Shown here: piece after piece, positions 8,592 through 15,607 of the stretch
How the letters are laid out: each line of letters starts with the position of its first letter
How positions within the stretch are numbered: the first letter of the stretch is position 1
DNA from: Thermoleophilia bacterium
Lineage (GTDB): Bacteria > Actinomycetota > Thermoleophilia > Gaiellales > Gaiellaceae
Direction of reading: 5' to 3'
Assembly: GCA_025929895.1 (NCBI GenBank)
Contig: JAICPI010000004.1
Coordinates: 5,490-69,489, forward strand
DNA length: 64,000 nt
Notes under the pieces: model-generated
Database searches by the model: none
Told to the model about the DNA's origin: nothing
Seen by the model: only the letters and a program-made list of their open reading frames with translations
Made by a program: the position numbers and the translations under genes

Positions 8592-10181
8592 CTAGAAGCC
8601 GAGCCCGATGCCCGTGGGCACGTCGAGCGCTCTCGTGAGCGTCCGCATGCCCACCATCCCCACGAGGCGGCCGTCCTCGACCACCGGCAGGTGGTGGATC
8701 TCGTGCTCGTGCATCAGCGCGAGCGCGCGCTCGAGCGACGTGTGCGTCGACGCGGAGACAGGCTCGGCCGTCATCCACTCGCGCACGCGTGACTCGCTCG
8801 AGTGCACGCGGCCCGCGAACGCGCGCAGGAGGTCGCGCGAGGTGAGGATCCCGATCAGCCGGCCGAAGTCCGACACGAGCGCCGACCCGACGTCGAGTAC
8901 TCGCATGCGCTGCGCGACCTCGCCGAGCGTGTCCTCGGGCGCGACCACGAGCGGCCACGGAGCGACGACGTCGGCGAGCGTCCGCTCGCCGTGCTCCGGC
9001 TCGTCCTCGAACCGCGTGGGCCGACGGACCTCGACCTCGATCGAGAGCCCTTCGGGCGGTTCGAGCCGCACGTCGTCGAGCTCGGCCAGGAACGGGGCGA
9101 GGTGGCGGCCGACGAGCTTCGCCGGCGGCCACCAGAGCGGATCGAGGGCGACCACGCCGGTCTGACCGGCGGCGACGTCCCGGCGTAGGTAGCGCGGAGC
9201 CGCACCGGTGAGGAGCAGCCCCCGAAGGACGGGGCGGAACGGCTCCGGGTGGCGCAGCACCCTAGCGTCGGCGGCGATCGCCGCCGCGGCGGCGTCGGCC
9301 TGCTGCGCGGCGATCCCACCCTGCTTGAGGGGGAACCGCGTGATGTCGCCTGCCGCGTACACGTCGGCGAGGCCCTCGACGCGACAATGCTCGTCGACGA
9401 CCACGAAGCCGTCGCGGGTCTGGGGGACGCCGTCGATCCGCTGGCCGCGAAGCACGGGCAGTGCCACGACGCAGTCGGCCGCGATCGTCCCGGAGGGCAG
9501 TAGCGTAAGCGCCCCGCCGCGCAGATCGGCGGCGAAGAACCCGGTGTGCAGGGCGATCCGGTGCTCCTCGAGCAGCACGCGGAGCGCCGCGCTGGCGTCG
9601 GGCCCGAAGAGCACGAGCGGCTCGTCCTCGGGGGTGACGAGAGCGATCCGGACGTCGTCCAGGCCGCCCTGCTCGCAATGGGTCGCGAGCATCAGCGCGA
9701 GCTCGTACGCGGGGAGCGACCACACCGCGCCCGGAGGCACCGCGACGACGATCCGCGTCGCCTCGCCCGCATCGAGCCGCGCGACGAGGTCGGCCAGGCG
9801 AGTGGTGTCGCCGGGGCCGCGGAACGTGAGCGCGCCGTCGAGCGTGGCGCGCGGCGTGGCGCCGCACGCGAGCAGCAGCGAGTCGTACCCGAGGCGCGCG
9901 CCGCGCCGCGTGAGCGCGGCGTGCTCGTGCGCGTCGACGGCCACGACCGAGTCGAGCGTCAGGAGCGCGCCCGCCCGCTGCGCGAGCTCCGCGAGGTCGA
10001 AGGATCGTGAGTCCCCGAGCCCGAACGACTCGGCCACGGCGAGCGGCCGGTACCAGAAGCGAGGCTCGGACGCGACGAGCTCGACCTCGAGCGCTCCCGG
10101 TGCGAGTTGGTGGAGCGCGAGCGTCGCCTCGAGCGCTGCGACCCCGCCCCCCGCGATCAAGACTCTGCGTCGAGCGTTCAT
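8592..10181 (-). CDS. FAD-dependent pyridine-nucleotide-disulfide oxidoreductase (SQR/NDH-2-like) fused to a C-terminal CBS-domain pair
   Basis: 529 aa. N-terminal Rossmann RRVLIAGGGVAALEA and a second dinucleotide region ending VYAAGD. The last ~130 aa carry two CBS repeats (...GILTSRDLLRAF... and ...HHLPVVEDGRLVGMVGMRTLTRAL). Confidence 0.8.
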   Translation of the reverse strand: MNARRRVLIAGGGVAALEATLALHQLAPGALEVELVASEPRFWYRPLAVAESFGLGDSRSFDLAELAQRAGALLTLDSVVAVDAHEHAALTRRGARLGYDSLLLACGATPRATLDGALTFRGPGDTTRLADLVARLDAGEATRIVVAVPPGAVWSLPAYELALMLATHCEQGGLDDVRIALVTPEDEPLVLFGPDASAALRVLLEEHRIALHTGFFAADLRGGALTLLPSGTIAADCVVALPVLRGQRIDGVPQTRDGFVVVDEHCRVEGLADVYAAGDITRFPLKQGGIAAQQADAAAAAIAADARVLRHPEPFRPVLRGLLLTGAAPRYLRRDVAAGQTGVVALDPLWWPPAKLVGRHLAPFLAELDDVRLEPPEGLSIEVEVRRPTRFEDEPEHGERTLADVVAPWPLVVAPEDTLGEVAQRMRVLDVGSALVSDFGRLIGILTSRDLLRAFAGRVHSSESRVREWMTAEPVSASTHTSLERALALMHEHEIHHLPVVEDGRLVGMVGMRTLTRALDVPTGIGLGF

Positions 10182-10255
10182 CGGCCCGACGATGAAGCGC
10201 GGCCGCCGGCGTTCATCGGGGCGGGCGCTGGCGCCGCTCGCGGAGAACTACCGAT

Positions 10256-10906
10256 TCAGGTGGCCGCGTCCTCCTCGAGCAGCCCGTGCGCCAGGGCGTA
10301 GCGGACGAGCTCGGCGCGGGTCGCGAGGCGGAGCTTCTGCATGATGTGCGCCCGGTGCGACTCGGCGGTGCGCACCGAGATGTAGAGCAGCTTCGCGATC
10401 TCCTGGTTCGTGTGCCCGAGCGCGAGCAGGCGCAGCACCTCGCGCTCGCGCTCCGAGAGCGGATCGGACGCCTGCTCCTCGCGCTGCCGCGCCTCGGAGT
10501 CGATCAGCCGCGCGCCCAGGGTCGCGTGGAGGTACCGCCCGCCGCCGGCGACCTCGCGCACCGCCTCGACCACGTCGGTGTCGGCCGCCTCCTTGAGCAC
10601 GTACCCGCTCGCGCCCGCGGCGAACGCCTCCCGCACGTAGCGCGGGTCGTCCTGCATAGAGAGCACGAGCACCTTCGCCTCGGGCGCCTCGTGCAGGACG
10701 AGCGGCGTGCCCTCGATCCCGCTCTCGCCCGGCATGACGACGTCCATCACGATCACGTCGGGCTTGTGCGCCCGCGCCTCGAAGACGGCGTCCCGGACGC
10801 TCCCCGCCTCTGCCACGACCTCGATGTCGGCCTCCGCCTCGAGCACGCGCTTGAGGCCCGAGCGGACGACGGCGTGGTCGTCCACCACGACGACGCGGAT
10901 CGCCAT
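10256..10906 (-). CDS. dosR: NarL/LuxR-family response regulator (DosR/DevR-like by pairing with the upstream kinase)
   Basis: 216 aa. REC domain (VVVVDDH...VIVMDVVMPG) plus a LuxR HTH (LSEREREVLRLLALGHTNQEIAKLLYISVRTAESH). The ATG shares one base with the kinase stop (TGATG). Confidence 0.85.
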   Translation of the reverse strand: MAIRVVVVDDHAVVRSGLKRVLEAEADIEVVAEAGSVRDAVFEARAHKPDVIVMDVVMPGESGIEGTPLVLHEAPEAKVLVLSMQDDPRYVREAFAAGASGYVLKEAADTDVVEAVREVAGGGRYLHATLGARLIDSEARQREEQASDPLSEREREVLRLLALGHTNQEIAKLLYISVRTAESHRAHIMQKLRLATRAELVRYALAHGLLEEDAAT

Positions 10907-12525
10907 CAGGGGAGCGGGACCTCGACGACGACCGAGGTGCCGCCCTCGGCCGACGACTCGATCGTGAGCCGGCCGTCGAGGAGCCCGATCCGCTCGCGCA
11001 TCCCGATCAATCCCAGCCCGCCGTCGCGCGCGTCGTCGGGCTCGAACCCGACGCCGTCGTCCTCGATCACGGCGGCGACGCTAGCGCGTTTGCGGCGGAG
11101 CAGGACGCTCACGCGCGACGCGCGCGAGTGCTTGATCACGTTCGTGAGAGCCTCCTGCACGATTCGATACAGCGCGGTTTCCACCGGTGCCGGGAGCCGC
11201 TCGTCCCCGAGCACGGCCTCGAGCTCGACCGGGATCCCCGTCCCCTCCGTGAACGTCGCCGACAGCCGCTCGAGCGCGGGCACGAGCCCGAAGTCGTCGA
11301 GCGCCTTCGGCCGCAGCTCGACGGCGAGGCTGCGCACGTCGTGGAGGGTCCCGACGATCAGCTCGCGCAGCCGCTCGGTGGCGGCGCGCGCCTCCTCGGG
11401 ATCCGCGGCCTCCTCGATCGCGCGGAGGCCGAGCAGGACCGACGTCAGCGCCTGCCCCGTCTCGTCGTGCAGTTCGCGCGCGAGCCGCTTGCGCTCGAGC
11501 TCCTGCGCGTCGACGACGCGCGCCATCGCGTCCCTGGCGACGCGCGTCGAGAGGTCCGCGGCCACGGCCGCGCGTGCGGCGAACGTCTCGGCGAGCCGCA
11601 GGTCCTCCTGCGTGAAGCGGGGGTCGCCGTTCTGCTTGTCGTGGGCGACGATCACGCCGATCGGCTCGCCGCGGACGAGCATCGGGACGAAGAGACCGGT
11701 CCGGGCGCCGAGGCGCCGCGCGAAGTCCTGCTCGACCTCGGGGTCGTCGATGAGCGAGTCGACGCGCTCGCTGCGCCGGCGCTCGAGCACCCGCGCGCTC
11801 TTCGAACGCTCCGGCAGCTCCTGGCCGACGACTCCCCCGGCGCCGTCGCCCGACGCCGCCTGCACGAGCAGCCGCCCGCCTGCCGGGAGCCCGATGAAGA
11901 CGTCGCGCGCGCCGATCAGGTCGCGGACGCGGTCGGCGACGAGCTGGAGGACGCGCGGGAGCTCGAGCTCCTCGGAGAGCGCGTTCCCGACCTCGATCAG
12001 CGACTCGAGCTGTCGCGACCAGCGCGTCGAGGACTCGTAGAGGCGGGCGTTCTCGATCGCGACCGCGGCCTGCGCGGCGAGTAGGCTGATCACGTCCTCG
12101 TCCTCCTGCGTGAACTCTCCGCTCCGCTTCTCGGTCAGGTACAGGTTCCCGTACGCGACCGACCGCAGCAGGATCGGGACGCCGAGGAACGAGGTCATCG
12201 GCGGGTGGTTCGGCGGGAACCCGACCGACGCCGGGTGCTTCGCCAGGTCGGGGAGCCGGAGCGGCCGCGCGTCGCGGATGAGGACGCCGAGGATGCCGCG
12301 GCCGTGCGGCTCCTCGCCGATCGCCTCCTGGAGCGACGCCTCCATGCCGGTGACGAGGAAACGCTCGAGGCCGAGGCCCGTCGGGTCGATCACGCCGAGC
12401 GCTGCGTAGCGCGCGTCGGTCAACTCCGCTGCGGCTTCCACGATCCGGCGGAGGACCGCGTCGAGCGAGAGCTCCGAGGAGACGGAGATGCCGGCTTCGA
12501 CGAGCGACCTGAACCGCGACTCCAC
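10906..12525 (-). CDS. dosS: GAF-GAF-HisKA_3-HATPase sensor histidine kinase, DosS/DosT-like
   Basis: 539 aa. The first GAF carries DARYAALGV, HGRGILGVLI, HPASVGFPPNHPPMTSFLGVP and GNLYLTEK. These match my recollection of M. tuberculosis DosS/DosT GAF-A, including the proximal-His HPPM motif. H-box ELHDETGQ. C-terminal ATPase GGLGLIGMRER. Confidence 0.88.
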   Translation of the reverse strand: MESRFRSLVEAGISVSSELSLDAVLRRIVEAAAELTDARYAALGVIDPTGLGLERFLVTGMEASLQEAIGEEPHGRGILGVLIRDARPLRLPDLAKHPASVGFPPNHPPMTSFLGVPILLRSVAYGNLYLTEKRSGEFTQEDEDVISLLAAQAAVAIENARLYESSTRWSRQLESLIEVGNALSEELELPRVLQLVADRVRDLIGARDVFIGLPAGGRLLVQAASGDGAGGVVGQELPERSKSARVLERRRSERVDSLIDDPEVEQDFARRLGARTGLFVPMLVRGEPIGVIVAHDKQNGDPRFTQEDLRLAETFAARAAVAADLSTRVARDAMARVVDAQELERKRLARELHDETGQALTSVLLGLRAIEEAADPEEARAATERLRELIVGTLHDVRSLAVELRPKALDDFGLVPALERLSATFTEGTGIPVELEAVLGDERLPAPVETALYRIVQEALTNVIKHSRASRVSVLLRRKRASVAAVIEDDGVGFEPDDARDGGLGLIGMRERIGLLDGRLTIESSAEGGTSVVVEVPLP

Positions 12526-12546
12526 GCGCGCATTCTCCCGAAACCA

Positions 12547-12572
12547 CGAGGGGCGGCCGGAGCCGCCCCTCG
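12547..12572 (-). terminator. GC-rich hairpin after the 2-TM protein gene and upstream of dosS
   Basis: CGAGGGGCGGC-cgga-GCCGCCCCTCG is a perfect 11-bp stem. On the minus strand it is followed by TGGTTTCGGG, a weak U-tract. Confidence 0.5.
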
Positions 12573-12592
12573 TTCGCGAGCGGAGTCGCCGC

Positions 12593-13177
12593 TCAGCTTG
12601 TTGCGACCGAGGTCGTCGCGCCGCGGCGGGCGGCCGGCGAGCCGGCCGGCACCCTCCGCAGCGCTCCGCCGATCGCGAGCACCAGGAACCCGATGCCGGT
12701 CAGCAGGAGCGCGACGCCGACCACGATCCCGAACAGCGAGAGCTGCTCGGCCATGTAGCTCATGTTGAGCGCGGTCGTCAGCGCGGTCTCCGTGACCCAC
12801 ATGTTCCGGAGCCCGTTCTCCACGGGGCGGCCTTCGGGCGTCTTCGCCGCCGCCGCCTCGTCGTTCGTGTCCGCACCCGAGGGGGTCAGGAAGCGTCCCA
12901 TCTCGGCGTAGCGCTTGCCGCTGGTGGCCTTCAGGGTGTGGAACTCCATGACCCTGGCGAACTGCTTCGCCTCGGCGCCGTTCGTGATCTCCTCGCCGGG
13001 CTGGAGCTTGCCGTTCGTGATCTCGGCGGCGTCGTCGCCGGCCGTGATCTTCTGGGCCGCGAGGGCATCCCGCACCTCGTTGCGCCCGTTGACGCCCATC
13101 ACGATCGCGGCGACGCCGAAGGCGATCAGGACGAAGCCTGCGATCCAACCACCGTATTCGAACAACTTGCGGGTCAT
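12593..13177 (-). CDS. hypothetical 2-TM membrane protein with a ~130-aa extracytoplasmic loop
   Basis: Start trimmed to ATG 13177 (MTRKLFEYGGWIAGFVLIAF...), preceded by AAAGGAG. It is divergent from nirK. No family recognised. Confidence 0.6.
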   Translation of the reverse strand: MTRKLFEYGGWIAGFVLIAFGVAAIVMGVNGRNEVRDALAAQKITAGDDAAEITNGKLQPGEEITNGAEAKQFARVMEFHTLKATSGKRYAEMGRFLTPSGADTNDEAAAAKTPEGRPVENGLRNMWVTETALTTALNMSYMAEQLSLFGIVVGVALLLTGIGFLVLAIGGALRRVPAGSPAARRGATTSVATS

Positions 13178-13368
13178 GGCGACTCCTTTCGCGTTACCCA
13201 CTTCGTTTGATGTGTCGCAGTGTCGACCGCTCCGGCCCCTTTGAAATCGGGGCGGCGCCGCACGTTTCTTGCGGCATTCCCGCATCCGTCGTGCGGAAAC
13301 GGCCCGATTTCGGCTCGCTGGAGGCCTCCTACTCTCGGGGCGGTAACTGAACGAGAGGAGTCGCAGAG

Positions 13369-14466
13369 ATGGTGCTCAAAGGCTTTTTCGTGCTCATGCT
13401 CGTGGCCGTGGTGACCGCGGGCGGGGCCTTCATGATCTCGCTGGACACGATGGCCGCCTCGCGGTCGGACGACCCGGCGCCGGCCGCGGTCGACGAGAAG
13501 GCCGTGCAGCAGGCGCAGGCGCACGGCGACCACAACACGGCGCTCCCGCTCGAGAGCTTCGCGGGCCAGGTGCCCGCGAACTCGGCGGAGCTCGCGAAGG
13601 CGCAGAAGCCGTACGACGCGACGCTGCCGCCGCTCCAGAGCGGGGACGTCGTGAAGGTGCACATGGTGATGAAGCACAAGGTCGTCGAGATCGCCCCGGG
13701 CGTGAAGTACAACGTGTGGGCGTTCGACGAGGGCGCCCCAGGCCCGATCGTCCACGTGCGGCAGGGCCAGACGGTCGAGTTCACACTCACGAACGGCGGG
13801 ACGATCCCGCATTCGATGGACTTCCACGCTGCTCGGATCGCGCCGAACGTCGCCTTCCGCGACGTCGCGCCGGGCGAGTCGTTCACCTTCCGCTTCAAGG
13901 CGAACGACCCGGGCGTCTTCATGTACCACTGCGGCACGAAGCCGGTGCTCGCGCACATCGCGAACGGCATGTACGGCGCGATCGTCGTACAGCCGGCGAA
14001 GCCGCTCCCGACGGCCGACAAGGAGTACGTGCTCGTCGCGAGCGAGTGGTACCTGAACGGCGACGGTCTCCAGCAGCCCGCCAGCCTCGACATGGCGAAG
14101 GCGCGCGCGATGATGCCGGACTGGACGACCTTCAACGGGTACGCGAACCAGTACGTCACGCATCCGCTGACGGCCGAGCCGGGCGAGACCGTGCGCTTCT
14201 GGGTCGTCGCGGCGGGGCCGACGCTCGACACGAACTTCCACATCGTCGGGACGATCTTCGACCGGGCGTGGCCGAACCAGGACCTGACGCGGTTCCAGAG
14301 CGGCGTGCAGACGGTCGCCGTCCCCGCGGGCGGCGGTGCGGTCTTCGACGTGAAGATCGACGAGCCGGGCCTCTATCCCTTCGTCAGCCACGCGTTCGCG
14401 CACGTCGATCTCGGCCAGGTCGGAGTCCTGAAGGTCGGCAACGTGCCGGGAACGATGAGCCACTGA
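13369..14466 (+). CDS. nirK: copper-containing nitrite reductase (NirK-type two-domain cupredoxin)
   Basis: 365 aa. HSMDFH (T1 His / T2 His), YHCGTKPVLAHIANGM (T2 His, then T1 Cys-His-Met), and a C-terminal SHAFAHVDLGQ region. N-terminal hydrophobic anchor or signal. GAGAGGAG RBS. Confidence 0.82.
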   Translation: MVLKGFFVLMLVAVVTAGGAFMISLDTMAASRSDDPAPAAVDEKAVQQAQAHGDHNTALPLESFAGQVPANSAELAKAQKPYDATLPPLQSGDVVKVHMVMKHKVVEIAPGVKYNVWAFDEGAPGPIVHVRQGQTVEFTLTNGGTIPHSMDFHAARIAPNVAFRDVAPGESFTFRFKANDPGVFMYHCGTKPVLAHIANGMYGAIVVQPAKPLPTADKEYVLVASEWYLNGDGLQQPASLDMAKARAMMPDWTTFNGYANQYVTHPLTAEPGETVRFWVVAAGPTLDTNFHIVGTIFDRAWPNQDLTRFQSGVQTVAVPAGGGAVFDVKIDEPGLYPFVSHAFAHVDLGQVGVLKVGNVPGTMSH

Positions 14467-15143
14467 TGACGCAGCTTCGCCTGATCATCGTGCTCGCCGG
14501 CGCGGCGGTGCTGGCGGCGACCCTCGTCGCGGCCAGCCTGCTGAGCGCCGGGGAGGCGAACACGTCGACCCCGGCACCGGCGGCCTCGGACCTCTTCGCC
14601 GGCGTGCCGCAGGACGGGCTCGCGGTGGGGGACCCCGACGCTCCCGTCACGCTCGTGGAGTACGCCGACCTCCAGTGCCCGTACTGCGCCGAGTGGGCGG
14701 TGCGAACGATGCCCGCGCTCGTCGAGGACTACGTCCGCACAGGGCAGCTCCGCATCGTCTTCCACGGGCTCGCGTTCCTCGGCCCCGACTCGGACAAGGC
14801 GGTCCGCGCCGCGATCGCCGCGAGCGCCGGCGACCGGCTCTGGAACATGGTCGACGGCTTCTACCGCAGCCAGGGCAGCGAGAACTCGGGCTGGGTCACG
14901 GACGACCTGATCGGCCAGATCGCCGCACAGGCCGGTCTCGACGGCGGGGAGCTGCGCGACCGCGGCGACGAGTCGTGGGTCGACGAGGAGCTCTCGCGCG
15001 CGAACGCGGCAGCGCAGTCCGCCGGCGTGCAGGGCACGCCCTCGTTCGAGCTCGGCCCGACGGGCGGGAAGCTCGAGCTCGTCGAGTTGAGCTCTCTCGA
15101 CCCCGAGGGGCTGACCCCGCTGATCGACGACCTGCTCGAGTGA
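14466..15143 (+). CDS. DsbA-family thiol:disulfide oxidoreductase (membrane-anchored/secreted)
   Basis: 225 aa. Signal/anchor helix, then CPYC active site (YADLQCPYCAEW) and GTPSF near the C-terminus. The ATG overlaps the nirK TGA (ATGA). Confidence 0.85.
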   Translation: MTQLRLIIVLAGAAVLAATLVAASLLSAGEANTSTPAPAASDLFAGVPQDGLAVGDPDAPVTLVEYADLQCPYCAEWAVRTMPALVEDYVRTGQLRIVFHGLAFLGPDSDKAVRAAIAASAGDRLWNMVDGFYRSQGSENSGWVTDDLIGQIAAQAGLDGGELRDRGDESWVDEELSRANAAAQSAGVQGTPSFELGPTGGKLELVELSSLDPEGLTPLIDDLLE

Positions 15144-15607
15144 CCGACGCGCGACTCCGCTCGGTCTCCGCGATCCTCGCGCTCACCGGCGCGGGGATCG
15201 CGGCGTACCTCCTCCAGGTACGCAGCTCCGGCGCCACGCTGCTCTGCGCGACCGGCGGCTGCGAGACGGTGCAGGGCTCCCGCTACGCGGAGCTCGCGGG
15301 CATCCCCGTCGCGGCGCTCGGCCTCGCCGGGTTCGCCGCGCTCTTCACCCTCGCGCTCGTGCCGGGCGAGCCCGCTCGCCTCGCGAACGCCGTCGTCGCG
15401 CTCGGCGCGCTCGGGTTCGGCGCCTACCTGCTCGTGATCCAGGTCGCGGTGATCGGGGCGGTCTGCCAGTGGTGCGTCGCGACCGACCTCGTCACGACCG
15501 CGCTCGCCGCGCTCGCGGTGCTGCGCCTCCGGCCCGAGAGTCATCGGCGTGAAACGCCGCGAGGCGCTCACCCTCCTCGCCGAGCTCGCGCCGCGTGGCG
15601 CGGGTGA
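15140..15607 (+). CDS. vitamin K epoxide reductase (VKOR) family protein, a DsbB analogue
   Basis: 155 aa. Four or five TM helices, loop Cys pair (LLCATGGCE) and CxxC (AVCQWCV). The GTG overlaps the dsbA TGA (GTGA). Confidence 0.8.
   Translation: MTDARLRSVSAILALTGAGIAAYLLQVRSSGATLLCATGGCETVQGSRYAELAGIPVAALGLAGFAALFTLALVPGEPARLANAVVALGALGFGAYLLVIQVAVIGAVCQWCVATDLVTTALAALAVLRLRPESHRRETPRGAHPPRRARAAWRG

Noticed and set aside
5530-9132. A 1200-aa ORF on the minus strand, plus similar giants: 50987..55753 (+, 1588 aa), 30148..34212 (+, 1354 aa), 51438..55124 (-), 42972..45830 (-), 43055..46252 (+) and 45298..47244 (-).
   Set aside because: Their translations are Arg/Ala/Pro/Gly-rich low-complexity strings with no motifs. 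They overlap frames that carry unmistakable enzyme signatures. Long stop-free alternative frames are expected in DNA this GC-rich. Only their terminal in-frame parts were kept where a real gene was recognisable.
2510-13368. Canonical mycobacterial DosR boxes (TTSGGGACTWWAGTCCCSAA) in the island's promoter regions.
   Set aside because: Only partial resemblances were found (GGGTC-ACGT-GACGG and a lone GGGACT upstream of usp). Nothing convincing lies upstream of dosS, copB or nirK, so no DosR-box feature is claimed.
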